Source: Haliotis rufescens
Taxonomy: Eukaryota
Direction: 5' to 3'
Length of the DNA stretch: 64,000 bases
Assembly: GCF_023055435.1 (NCBI RefSeq)
Contig: NW_025964001.1
Span: 11,780,001-11,844,000, forward strand
Position 1 is the first letter of the stretch; every line of letters starts with the position of its first letter. Positions 27,456-40,686 of the stretch are shown here, piece after piece. A program made the position numbers and the translations under genes. The notes under the pieces were generated by a model, which saw only the letters and a list, made by a program, of their open reading frames with translations, was not told where the DNA came from and did no database searches.

Positions 27456-29922
27456 GTTCTAAACTTGTCAAACTCTGCTGATGCATAATGCCTTCTGAGT
27501 TTCATGCAGCTGTCAACATCCCACAAAACAAAACAACCATGTGTCTATGATCTACATCTGGTGCATTGGCTACTGCTGCATGGCATGAGGGTTGTTCCTG
27601 GACCTGCTGGCTTGTTTCAGCAGTTTATTTTGATAGAGGCACATACTGAATGCCAGCAGACGCCACCAGGCACTGGTCATGAAAGGGAGGTAACTCTAAA
27701 GCAGTACCACTTGATGAATCCTTCAGAGAAAGGTTTAAAAACAACAGATGTTATGATTTCAGAGAATTCAAAATTATGGTTGGTCGGTTGGCAAATAAAT
27801 TGGTATGAAGTATTGTTTCTAATAATGAATATATGAATTAAAGCTGTCTTCATCACATGCAAAAATAAATGAAATTAAACCCCAAAGGAGTAAGAACTAC
27901 AATGTTGTTTTTTAATGCTTGTACATCTAGAAAGTGAATTAGGTTTAATGGTGTGGTAAACATTTGCCACTTCATAAATATCTAAGATCATTATCATGGA
28001 TTCAAACTCAGCTTGACTAAGGGACATAATTCTGCACAGCCTATTACAATGCAATAGACCACTGTGCTACATGTGCAACATTCTGGCACTAGCAGACAGA
28101 GCCGATGCATATAATGGTTTCCACTTCCAATTCTTCATGTCAAATTATGCACAGTAGTTCTATGTGAATCAATACACATTCTCTGTATATCATAAGTGTA
28201 TGTAACAAGGTATACACAGAACTAAATGTATATATTAGGCTTAAAAAATAAAAGAACTTGTTCTCAAGCAATGACTTTTGAAAATATAGTGCGGGCAGGT
28301 GGCATTTTATTTTTTTTTTGCTTGTTCAAACTAGTATGTAACCAAATAAACAGTTATGTACCATCAACCTGGGAAAGGGCCTCCCAACATAAACAATCAT
28401 ATGAAAGCGTTATTGCCGCCACTACCATAACACCAGATGCACAATAAAGCAGCGCGCATGTAAGGGGAAGTAACTGCGTGCTATATTGGATTGCATTGTT
28501 TTGGGGTATTAGGAAATAAAAACGAACCGTGCGGCAGACTTCATGATGATGCAGGCGGTGCCTGAGAACCAAGGCTATGATCTTTTTTAGCCTTAATCTT
28601 CACCATATTAAACTGATCCAAAGGTGAAAATACCCTGGGGTTCAATGGACAGAGGGGAGAACAGAAGAATCGATTAAACAGAAGTCTCATCTGTATATTC
28701 CTCAGGGAGAATTAATCAGAAGCTAACACTGAAAAACAAATCTCCTGCTTTAAGCATGTTGTGCATTCCCCTCTGTATTCCTGAATCCAGACATACAGAT
28801 GTACTAGTAAAAATCTTGTCTATACATCAACCCCCAACCCCTACCCCCTCCGAAAACGTCATCAGGAAGAATTTTCTAAGTCATGAGGAGCTGTTATACT
28901 AAGTGATGGAAAGGTAAATGGCACTGGAAGTTCCTTCCTTGATACTCCAGTGTAATACACCTCCACTCTATCATGTCTATCAAGATAAATACCCTGGACA
29001 ACATAGCTTCAAATCATAGAGTCCAGCTTGAAGGACATTTCGTTAAAAATAGCTGTTGGTAAAATACACTGTTATTTCATGATTGAAACAAGTGGTAAAA
29101 TCACCAGTACTTAACTAGGTGTGTGGCATACCATCTCAAATACAACTGTCAGATGCCTGATAAGGCAAGTACTTCCTTCTCCATTCAAAATAATGTAATA
29201 CAGCTAAAAGAACATTAGTAACAGTCTATGGATTTGATTAGAGCATACAAAGGGCTTGAAATTAGATTAATGCCAAACTCTTTTTAGGGAGTCATATTGA
29301 TTGGTCACTGATTTCAAGCTCACCAATGTGAGAAATTCTGTTCTGAATTGGTGATAATATGTGGAGATTAGAGCTGAGTATTGCCTGGTATCTTGCGCTA
29401 GATTCGTATCATGATACGGACTGACGATACTACTGGTATTAGGATACACCAAATCAAATAGTAAGAAATGATGAAATTACTGAAATACATCTCTAAAACC
29501 CCCTTCTTCATACATTTATGTATTGATATCTCAAAATCATTAACAAAGAAAACCACAAGATCAAAACAGTTTTAAATGAAGGGATTGTTATTAAATATGA
29601 CAGTTAGTCGGAGCATACTCAGCTAACACGTCGTTGTGTTCTGCCATGCTTACAGGTGGCGCTTTGCTATTTCTGCCATTATGGGAGGTAACTCTATTAG
29701 TTCCTGTTCTACTTACAGCGTTTCGCGATCTCACAAACTGATGATTCAAGTATTGTGTGTACCTAAGTATCGATGATATTTAGGTATCGGTGCATTGTTA
29801 CAGCCCTAATGGAGATGGTGATGTCACTTCCGATAGAAAGCTATGGTGGAGAATGGGTCCAGGGTATTTATCAAACCAGAATGGAAAACCGTTGAGGATA
29901 TGGAAGTTCACAGATTCCCATT

Positions 29923-32900
29923 CTACGCATACAGGTCGGATTGTCGGACTGCTGTTGGTTCTATACAGATAGCAGAGGGTATGTTCCGGGCTAGTCCCAT
30001 CAGTGTCTTCTGACACTCCCGGTGCATCTGGGTGAGTTGAGTGCGCATGTCCTGGATCTGACGTGTCAGTTCCTCTGTCACTCTGGTAATATCTGTGCAA
30101 CAACTGTCCCCACCTTCACCGGGGGAATGCTGCACATTTGCCACTTTGCCCTGACCCCGGGAGCGTGCTCTACTTGCCAATCTGAACGAAGGTTCTGGTT
30201 TGAGTGTCCCAGCTACATCATGTGCAGCAGTTAGCATGAGGTTAGCCTTGTGGACTGATATGTCCATGTTGATTGAGGCTATTAAGTTGTCAAGCTCGTG
30301 GTTGCTGATTTCCTGTCTCTGCAAGGAGAACAATATAGCATGTATCATACTTGGGATTACGCTTTCTGGTACTTTTTTCAGTGAAGTCCCAACCATGATT
30401 CGAACCCTTAAGTCTCAGAGTTAGAGACCTAATCACCAGCATACAAAGTTAAAACAGTTAAATATACTGCACTAAAAGTGCATAAAGATGAAGCTGAGGG
30501 AAAGCATACTGGTCATTGTTTGTAATTCCTATCAATACACAACTGAGAGAATGGAAAACTTGACAATAAATTGTACATTAATATACTTATCCTATCTCAC
30601 ACTATGCATTTTTCATTCTTCTGTTCAATCCAAAGTGGAAACATGCTTAAACAAAGGTTTCCAGTTTCTAAAAACAATTCACCTTAACACACCTTAGCAT
30701 CACCATGGTCACCTATCAACAATCTGGTCATGTACGCTTTTCATCATGCAATGATATCTGAAAGATGATTGTTCTCACATAGGAAAACAAGTACCTTAGT
30801 CTCCCACAGCTGTTCCAGGTACTTGATGCTGCTCTCATAGCTGAGGATGGACTGTACCAGTTGCTGTCTAGCCAGCTGCATCTGCACGGGTCCGTCAACT
30901 GGGGCCTGGAGATACACAGCGCCAGACTGAGCCTCACTCTGGTCTCGGTCCTCTGCTGCAGCCTTCACCTTCAGGTCAAGGACACTGTCCTGAAATTAAG
31001 AAATTGAGTTGTGTAAACAAATCATGATTGGTTCACCAAGAATGTGCTTGGTATATACATCCACTCTTATGAGTAAAAACAATAAAAACAACACTTTTCT
31101 CTTAGAAAGATCAGTGGTCTAGAATGGTTTTCTCTTCACGGCTTACCATCCACTTCCAAAATACGTCTTCATGTTGTCGCCAGTTCATGAGGTTCTGGAG
31201 ACGTTCATTGTCCTTATCTAGTAGCACCAGCATCTAGACATGATAAAACACAAGCAGGACAGGTAATTAAATTATTTTGATGCAATTCTAACACGGTAAA
31301 GGTTTCACAATTTTCAGTTTGATTTAAGAGACCTCTTTGACAAACACATTTAAGTCTACTAGTGAGTGAGTGAGGATGGTTTTATGCTGCTTTTAGCAAT
31401 ATTCAAGCAGTATCATGTTTGGGGACACCAGAAATGGGCTTCACACATTGTACCCATGTGGGGAATCGAAACCCGGTCTTTGGCATGACGAGCGAACACT
31501 TTAACCACTTTATTCTACTAACCTGGGCTGGTCTCTTGTCATCAATTTCAGTAGAGTTTTTAGAGTTAAAATGTATGCTGTTATTGTTACTTCGGACTAG
31601 TGGCCATCTACAGAATGTAACGTTTGATATCAATAAACAACAGTATTCCCTTACTCGTTTCAGCAGATGTGGGTGTCTTAGCAAATGAACCTCCAATGCT
31701 GATAAATTATCACGGTTTTTTCGAAGTGATATCCCTGCTGTGGTATTTTCAATCTGAAATGAAAGTTATATACGAGTACTACTACATAACCTGTATCAAC
31801 ATGATCAACACTGATAATGTGATTTGAACATTATCCCAACAACTGGTTCTCAAGTAACTGACTTTTGAAAATGTGTGCAGAACAAGGCACATTATCGTGA
31901 AATCAGAATTGTGTTTTACTTTCAGGAGTATTACTGATGTTCAAGAAAGATTTTGTAGACTTACACATATATTGTGTATATTGATGCAGAAAATGATAAA
32001 TTGCTTATAGTTCAAGTAGCAGAAAAATATTTATTACTCAAACATCATTTTGTTAATTCATGAATAACAGGATATTATTGTTGATCGTATCCAACACACT
32101 CATTCAAAAATAAATGAGTAAATGAAAACAGACCTTGTTTAGAAGCTTAGCTTCATGCTGCTGAGCTGCGTACATTCGCCGTAGGTTGAGTCGTAGTTTA
32201 CTATTCAGCACTAGCAGCCTCTGTACTCTCTCTCCAGGTGGCACAGCCGAATCTCCTTGGGGAGTAGGACCCAAGTCACAAATAGAATTAGGCCATTCCT
32301 ACAAACACAAGAAACACATGTCGCATGGTTGTGTAAATGCTTATCCTCTATTTTGATAAAAAAACATACAGGTTAAAAAATATATTAATTAGGTGTGTGT
32401 GTTTTACAGGGAGCTAAAGGCCTGCAAGTTTATCATCCCCCGAAATCTGCATGTAGCTTTCAAATAGTGTTCATGCATTGTCCTTGAAAAGATTTCTTTA
32501 CATGATTTCCCTTACCTTGCACCATTGTGAAATGTTTTCATCCAAGGGAGATGTACACTTGTCCATGAACCTCTCTATCAGTGTCTCTTTACATATCAGC
32601 CAGGCCATAGCCAGCAACAGTTCACGACTTCCTCTTGAGGCGTCATTTGGCAAGTGAGCAAAGTCATGGGACATGTAACCACGGCTTTGTAGTTCTCGTT
32701 TGACAAGGACACACTTCTCCTCTGTGAAAAAAAAGCGTGTCAATTTGGGCCAAATCTATTGTTATGTGGCAGTGGAAACTGCAAATTTTATGTGTACTGA
32801 TTGTCAGTGGCAGCAAATGATTGAAGTGCCAGTAAAATGTTGAGTGCTGTCATGGACTCATTGTGAAAGCTGTCAGCGGCAGTGAGTAATTTAGACTTAT

Positions 32901-34793
32901 CCACCCTGTGCAAACATGAACATGACTTGGTTGTTTGAGAAGTTTCAGGATGGGACAATTACTAGAAGGTTGGCTGTACCTATATAGGAGCGACATGAGG
33001 ATAATTTGAAACCTTTTTCGACCTGACTTGTGTCTTATCAACTTGCCAAGTGAGGATTGGATACCTATTTGTGACACACTGGATTCTTGACAGCTTCCAA
33101 TACTATGCTAGATTCAAGAATGGAGACAGGCCTGTTTCAAGACATTCCACTGTGACGAAATTCTAGACATTTATGAGTTCACTTATTGCTAAATTGACTC
33201 ATCGTATATCCTATTGTGATAGTAAACCTAAAAATGCGTGTTTTAATATTATTAATTGATTATTCATTGATTTCTGATTACATAATTCATTTATTTGTGA
33301 GTCGACTTCTGGGTTAACCTCTGTGTTTCAATTTGGAAATCACCTTGTAACAGTATATCTTCATAACATGCTCTTATCTGTAAACTTGTGTTTTTAATTC
33401 CTCCAGTTTGCATGTGATATGTGTTTTGTTGTAAAAGGTGGGGAGTGAAAATTAAAGTATAAGTTACATCAGGCAATATCATAGATGTATGACATCGGTT
33501 TGTCTGTGTGTCCTGAACCAGTGGTTGATAGTACCAGGCAATGACCTATGCTGTGTGGCCTATAGTGACACACAAGTAGTTAGGTCAGTAGGGATGCAAA
33601 TTAGCACTAACCTGCTAGCCTCGTCCAGTTTTGTTAATCACATGTTAATGATAAAGGTATCCTGCGGGTGTGTAGAATTTTAAACATTTTGGGATGTACC
33701 GATTCATGTTATCACTATTCAGGATAGTACACATTTCTGGTTAATTTCCATCCAAGGTCAGATTGTCAGACTACCCTGGTGGTTACCATTCAACATGTTC
33801 AAGTATGTATCATATTCAGCATGCTAAGTGGTCATTTTCTTTTCACATAAACTTTCTAGTATAATCTTACAAGCATGGGAAACAACCAAATGAAGTGAGT
33901 GTCTCTCGCTTTTGGAAACATGAAAAGGCAAAACTCATAATCATCAACTTCATAACAACATAAAAAAACGATGTCCTCACCAACTGAAAGTTGCCTCTGA
34001 GCCTTGACAGCAGAGTCATCAACTACTCCATAATTGCTGAAGTATACCAGCTCAAACAACAGCTTCCACATTACGGGGGTCTGTAATTGATAAAAACATC
34101 AACTTGACAATCATGAGTAGTCACTGTAAATGAAACATAAAACTGCTGAACAGTATCAATCAACTTCTTGAAGAGGAAAAATTCTGTTTGATCATCCTAA
34201 CATGGTTTATATGTGAAGAACTGTACAAATGTCATTTGGGCAGTGCTGGGTTTTACCGGGTACACAATTAGTGCTATGGGGATTTGGGGTGATCAAACTC
34301 CTCATGCCAGCTTGTAGAGGTGATATATCCCTCATCCTTACTGACAATTAATTTATTGTAAAGGGCTGCTAAGTTGATAACCCCAAGGATCGTAAAGGGA
34401 AATTGAAAAGAAAAGCGAATCCAAGGTCTACATGGTCTAATGAGGGATAGCACTGCGTGTTTTGTTTGTTTGTTTGTTTGAATGTTGTTTAACGCCTAGT
34501 TCGTGTTGCCTGTTGGTAAAGTTTTCGTCCATAACCCTGCTTCGAAATGTTTAAATATCATAAACCCTGGTATATGTATTAAAAATCATTTGTGAAGGGT
34601 TATGGGTAGGTTGCCCTGACACAGGAAAGCAGGGTTACGCCATTTACCAGTTTACTGTCGGTTATCTTACCGCTTCATATTTGTTGAACTTTGCCAAGCG
34701 AAATGTTTCTGCGGTGACAAGTGATACTCCATTTTCGTTCAGTAATGTTGACAGCAGCTCTATGGTCTCCCTTACTTGAGTTGATCCAGGCAT
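29923..34793 (-). CDS. TEDC1: Tubulin epsilon and delta complex protein 1 (C14orf80), complete, 8 exons, ~456 aa
   Basis: Exons 34793-34671, 34080-33981, 32721-32516, 32298-32134, 31753-31655, 31233-31147, 30989-30795 and 30318-29923, all GT-AG, 1371 nt in frame. Motifs ETFRLAKFNKYEA, MWKLLF, GY...LPNDASRGSRELLLAMAWL, LNSKLR and DKDNERLQNLMNWRQHEDVFWKWMDSVL match recalled TEDC1 motifs (FRRAKFD, GSRELLLALSWL, VFWRWMDTVL). Confidence 0.9.
31362..31509 (-). mobile_element. SINE family A, CpG-decayed copy in a TEDC1 intron
   Basis: Matches the family with many CG->TG/CA changes. Other partial copies are at ~2892-2983, 14444-14515, 16026-16143 and 44430-44525. Confidence 0.85.
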
Positions 34794-37177
34794 TGTTAAT
34801 TGGGGATGTTTCGAAACGATGACATATTGGCTGTGTGAAGAGACGTTTGTTTACCAGTTATTCCCAACTTCCGGTTGGAGAAGACGCTATCGTGATGTCC
34901 TCACGAAATAGTACATGTGTTCGCGATGTACTAATACAATATCTTTCTATGAGTACCTGATGTATTACCTGACTTTTAGTATATCTGAGTGAGCCAAATC
35001 GATCAATTAACAGTGGAAATATTGTTTGATGAAAAAAGTCCTACGCGGAACATATCGTTAACACCCCGTTATAGCGCTCACGTGAGCTCGACTTGAGAAG
35101 GGAGAAGTATTTATTTGATTTGATGTGGAAAATTGACTTTTGCTACGAAATATATATCAGATAAGCAACCTGCTTAAATATGGCTTGACAAAAGACTTGC
35201 TGAGATCTACAGGAAAAAACAGAAACGTTATTTAACGTTGGTTATTACAGGTAACAATATGACATTACCTCTTCAGAACTAATATTCTGACAAAAATAAT
35301 ATATATATTACAAAATAATATGTATAACAATAACAATTATATAACAACTGAGATGATAAATGAACATGAAAGCTAAAACATATTTACAGTAGAAATCAGA
35401 GGGGAGAATCATGTATTATATATTACATTAACCACAGGACCATGTAACAATAAAAATATAAAAAAGCCGCAAAAAAATTATTGACGAGGCCTTTGTCTAT
35501 GATTATTTTGCGACTTTTTTTATATTTTTATTGTTACATGGTCCTGTGCATTAACACATGGAGCATTTGCATATGGGGCGTGACGAGGTCCGAAGAAGCC
35601 AGCAGAAATCTCTTTATGGTCCAGCTTTTCTGAAATCATTAGGCAGGCAATTCCAGATTATGGTGGCCTCACAAGCAAAATAATTTCGCCCGAACTTAGA
35701 AGCTGTTACCCGGTGAATTAGATTAACATTTAGTCTCTGAAATCTTATATTACATAATATCCTTCTTGACTCCAAAATAAAATAAAAATCCCTTTGCTGA
35801 TTTCATAACAACATTTAGTCTCTGAAATCTTATATTACACAATGTCCTTAACTCTAAAAATAAACAAAAAATTCCCTATGCTAATTTCATAGAGCTAGCT
35901 AGAGCTGGCTAGACTTGCTTCTGTATGCGTTTCTAGATTATTTTTTTATATAAAATAAATATATTCCAGTCATGGGGCAGGACTACCGGTGAATCATCGC
36001 TGTACGTTCCTGCCTGAGGGAACAGGTCGGTTGTTTTAAACTTTAAATATGAATACACAATGGCATTTTGAAAGTTTGTTTATTTGTTGTTTAACACCGC
36101 ACTCAACAATATTACAGCTATATACGGTGGTCTGTAAATAATCGAGTCTGGACCAGACAATCCAGTGATTGACATCATTGAGCATCGATCCACGCAATTG
36201 GGATTGATGACATGCATCAACCAATTCAGCGAACCTGACCACCGATCCCGTTAGTCGCCTCTTACGACATGCATAGTCGCCTTTTAGGGCAAGTATGGGT
36301 TGCCGAAGACCTATTCTACCCCGGATCTTCACGGGTCTATTTAGAAAGTGGTCAAATGTAACACATGTTATACTTGGGATAACACTTTCTTAGTTGAACA
36401 CAAATTCTATTACTTTTTGGGGGGTTAAGACTCATCCGAGATTCGAACCCACGCTTCTCTGAGTAAGGCACGTAATCGCCAGAACACAAACCAGCGACCT
36501 AACCTGCTCAGCCATGGAGGCTCCCAAAAAATGGAAGTCCGTCAACAGGTTGTCTAGATCACGTACTTTATGGAAAGGGTTTGTGACTATACTTAATGTA
36601 TCTGTATGTGATATGGACGGCGTAGTTGGGGTCTTGCTGGGCGGGTGATTTGTGGTGTTCAGCAACAGCACCAGCATACTGGTTCAGTTAAAATCGCCAA
36701 GCAGCCATACATACATATTGTTTCTCTACAGATCTCAGCTGGGTGTACTTTTTCTAAATCTCAGTAAAGACTAAATATAATTTTAGGGATTCAGATCCCC
36801 ATATTCAGCATTTATAGGTTAATAGTGCATGGTGCAGTTGTTTGAAATGATGTAGAAAAAGCCATGGTGGATTTTGAGGATTTTATATTGGTGTCTGATA
36901 CCGTTTTGACCAAATAAGTACCCTGATCTTTGGTGGTGAATATAGCGGTACATGTTATGGGTGGACTTTATCGTCCAAAATTCTTTTGCCCCAATTCCAG
37001 CCCCCTCCAAATCGAAAATAACGCATTTCTCCGCTTTAGTACTTTAGACAAGACCTAGAACGAACACGTGTTACCAGTGTCGAACACTTAGGAGGTGAGG
37101 TGAAGTGAAATTAGATATAAGTTCTTCATTACAAACTACCTCTGATATATTTTGCTTTCATCGAGAGTCCCCGTCGA

Positions 37178-37310
37178 GTAGTACTGAAGAGGTAATTCTG
37201 AAGGGGGATCCCAGTAGGGACCGTACCCAGTGTCTCGTTGAAGGCTTAATGAATAGTGTGAGGGGGTGGATATTCGTAGATGGCGCCGTGAGGCTGCAAG
37301 TGTAGTATAC
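37178..37310 (-). pseudogene. Decayed fragment of the homeobox gene's last exon
   Basis: The sequence aligns by eye with 38209-38330 (e.g. gaatagtgt.agggg.tggata..cgtagatg.cg.cgt.aggctgca.gtgtagt) and carries indels. Confidence 0.7.
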
Positions 37311-38049
37311 CCATTTGCTGTCTGAACTACATGTGCAACATCTTGGTTTTGGATGTTTACGTGAGCAAGTCATCAGATAAAAGTTCTTCACTTTTCACTA
37401 CCTGTGATATATTTTGCTTTCAACAAAAAGTCCCCGTCGACCCCATTCATTGAACACATAGCTAGCACCACGTTTGACCAAATGTCTGACCTGGGGGCAT
37501 TGTATTTTTGTGTTACCTTATTTGGATTAAGAAAGAAAATGCCCGCTTATCCACGTTTAACAAACGTGTTCGAATCCAAAATTCACCTGTAGGTTATCAG
37601 TAAGATTCTTGTGATCGTGGTTTACATGAAAGTGGGAGAATGCGTGCTGCATAAGAACATGAAATGATAGTATCTCAGAAACATTTACATAGTCATCTTG
37701 ACAGTTCCAATCCATAACGCAAAATATATCACAGGTAGTTTGTAGTTGAGCACTTGTGTCAAGATGGTGCATGTAGTTAGGTCAGTCGTAACAATCAGTC
37801 AGATCGCAATCGTCAGGTCGTGTATAAGACTGTTTGCATCAGAACAGACGTTTTTCTTGTCATCAGATTAAATATAAGAAGACAATGAAATAAATATTAT
37901 GTATTTATTTGTATTTACACAATGTCAACATGACGAGATGGGTCGCTCTAACATACATAGCAACTACAGATACCAGACTCAGGTATTATGACATCGAAAA
38001 AAGCACTTTGTATGACCGGGGTATACCTGGAATAAGTCAATAAACACGT

Positions 38050-39548
38050 CTAATAGCTGGAGCCAATTTGAGGGAAATGAACTGAAGGATAGTCGAAGGG
38101 GGAATAACTCTGGTAAGGGTAGGTTCCGGTTGCCAAGGACTGCCAGGACGGACCAGTAGGTTGTGCTGCCCATTGATAGGCCTCCTGGTATGACACCTCG
38201 GGGGTCGGGTAGTGCTGAAGGGGGGTCCGTGTGGGTTCTGTACCAGGCGTGTCGTTGAAAGCTCCATCGTGAATAGTGTAAGGGGATGGATACGTAGATG
38301 ACGTCGTAAGGCTGCAGGTGTAGTCTGACGTAGGTGGGTAGCTGGGTTCGGCGCTTGGCAGGTAGTGGAGGCTGGAAAGAAGAACGGTTGGTAAACATTG
38401 GTTTGATTGTGTCCGTAGATACATTTCTGACAATCATATTAGAGTAGGTAAACCCATTATTCAAGCTGTATCACAGCCTTAGTCTGTCTTACAGACCCTG
38501 ATACATTTATATCAACTACAGCCCATGCTAGTCTATAATGTTTGACAAGTCTAGATTACTGCAGTATCAGTATCTGAAAATGAAGAGAATCACTGGGCTC
38601 CCTTTTTATTAGATTTTTGAACAGATAACTGAACAACTGTTTTTTTCTGTACAATATGTTCATTTCAGAGACTATATGTTAGTCTATCACAGCCTGTATA
38701 TTTGCATCATTTGACAGCATGTGCAAAATTCGGTATACAACAAAATCGTCCAGGCTAAATGCACCAAATCCTTATTTTTAGTCGTCTCCTGAGCTTGGGT
38801 GCCAAAGAATTTATATTATTTGGAATGAAGAGCTTGAGACTCACTTTGACCTGGCCTTGTCAGCAGCGTCGGTACACGTGGAAGGAGCGCGCGGAGTGAG
38901 CACATGACACCGTTCCTTCTGGGAACTGTCACGTGACTGGATTGTACCGCCATGATACAACTGTTTCCTCATCCAGGCCACGTGGCCATCCTTAGACTGC
39001 CGTTTAAACTTGGAGCGACGGTTCTGGAACCAGATCTGTGGAAAATAATAAACATCATATATACACATAGTGGCACACGTATTGTTTCTAGAAATACAAA
39101 ATATGGTAACTGACATGATTGTTATAATTAAATAATACTATAAATAAATATAATTAAATTATCAAAATTATGAAAATTATATATCAGCTCATACATTATG
39201 AAGAATCAGCTTACCGATAGTCTCTCTACGTCAATGTTGATGGTGTTGGAGAGATCCTCCAAGATGGAGCTGTCAGGATACTGAGAGGACAGGAACACCT
39301 TCTCCAGTTGCCTCAACTGTGAAGGAAAATATCGTTGTAATTAAATTAAATTCTTGACATTGCTGTAAACCATACTCATAATTTGCAATCACGCATAAGT
39401 AATAGTAGGAATTCTGATGGGGATTTTTTGTGCAGCCTATTTGTGTACTCACCTGAACGGCAGAGTACTTGATTCTGTTCCTGACCGGAAGTACCCTTTT
39501 GCTGACGTCACTCTTGCCGGGCTTGATCTCTGGACTCTTCACCTTCAT
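38050..39548 (-). CDS. Divergent PRD-type (Q50) homeobox gene, older single paralog, 4 coding exons, ~236 aa
   Basis: Exons 39548-39453, 39316-39215, 39035-38845 and 38371-38050 (GT-AG, 711 nt). Homeodomain RNRIKYSAVQ|LRQLEKVFLSSQYPDSSILEDLSNTINIDVERLS|IWFQNRRSKFKR has an intron between HD positions 46 and 47, typical of PRD class. The C-terminus is Y/P/S/T-rich and ends HFPQIGSSY. Confidence 0.9.
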
Positions 39549-39670
39549 ACTGAATTGAAGAAATGAAAATACTGTACTTGTTATGTTATATATTGTAGGG
39601 GTGTACACATGCAGTGGTATGAGGAATGCTACCTGGAAGATACACCTCCTCTCACATATATACATTCCGT

Positions 39671-40193
39671 AACCCCTGAAGATCGGGGTTAGATTTTGTC
39701 TTCAGCAGCCCATGCTTGTAAGAGGCGACTGACGGGATCGGTGACTTGGTTGATGCATGTCACCGTATCCCAACTGCATAGATCGATGTTCATGATCATA
39801 TAGCTGGAATATTGCTGAGTGCGGATTTAAACAAACATACATTTACATTCTGTAAGCACACCGCAGGTTTTTTATTTTGGTAACCTTTTAATATAGAAGG
39901 GCATATGCAATGCATCCAAACCAAACACATTTTAGCTGACCCGTGAAGATCCGGGGTAGAATAGGTCTTCAGCAACCCATGCTTGCCGTAAAAGGCGACT
40001 TTGGTTGTCGTAGGAGGGTAACAGGATCGGGTGGTCAGACTCGCTAAATTGGTTGATGCATGTCATCCGTATCCCAATTGCGTGGATCGTTGCTCATGAT
40101 ATCAATCACTGGATTTGTTTGGTCCAGATTATTTACAGACCGCCGTATATAGCTGGAATATTGCTGAGTGCGGCGTTAAACAAAAGACAAACA
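39671..40193 (+). mobile_element. Two family B copies (39671-39835, 39938-40193) in the putative 5'-UTR intron of the older homeobox paralog
   Basis: Both match the family B body and tail. Confidence 0.8.
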
Positions 40194-40247
40194 CATTCAG
40201 CTGTATTTTCATGCAATATAAACATGCTCCTTGACCTGGCAACTTAC

Positions 40248-40373
40248 TTGTATGTTTGGATAGTTGGCGTGAGGAACTGTTTAAATCTATAGACGCTGCA
40301 GACAACTTGAACTGTGTTAACGAAATAAGATATCGGAAATGAAGCTGTAATTTCGGAACGTGGGAGTTTTATA
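40248..40373 (-). promoter_or_regulatory. Putative core promoter and non-coding first exon of the older homeobox paralog
   Basis: TATAAAA starts at 40373 (minus strand) and an Inr-like TCATTT has its A at 40340. A donor CAA|GTAAGT lies near 40247, and an acceptor TTCAG sits immediately before the ATG at 39548. Confidence 0.55.
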
Positions 40374-40629
40374 CGTATTTCTGGCTGTCGGAACTCTTCT
40401 AACACCTATCGAAAAACAACACATTGAGATCATGTTGTTGTAAGAATCAGATCTCTTTCACAAGAGCAGGTACGACTCGCCGAGGAGAGCTTCTTGCGAA
40501 ACCATTATTGTTTTTACAGCAATGAGAATGTTAATTGTTTTCTCAATCAATACAGCAGCATCCTACTCCCCTTGTGCACGGGTAGGCGCACATCCAAGAC
40601 TTGGCTACCGTCTCCAGCGTCCATCCTCA

Positions 40630-40686
40630 TTTACCTGTCAAAACGTTACACATACATCAAAGAGGCCGCCAAACTTAGCGCACCTG
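40630..40686. promoter_or_regulatory. Conserved upstream block with TCF/LEF site + GCCGCC helper (older paralog)
   Basis: ttacctgtcaaaac.ttacac.tACATCAAAGa.GCCGCC...CACCTG is conserved with 46627-46682 although the flanking DNA has diverged. Confidence 0.55.

Noticed and set aside
37979-38464. 161-aa ORF overlapping the last homeobox exon
   Set aside because: Wrong frame. The phase-2 junction selects the 38050 frame, which is the one conserved with the array copies.
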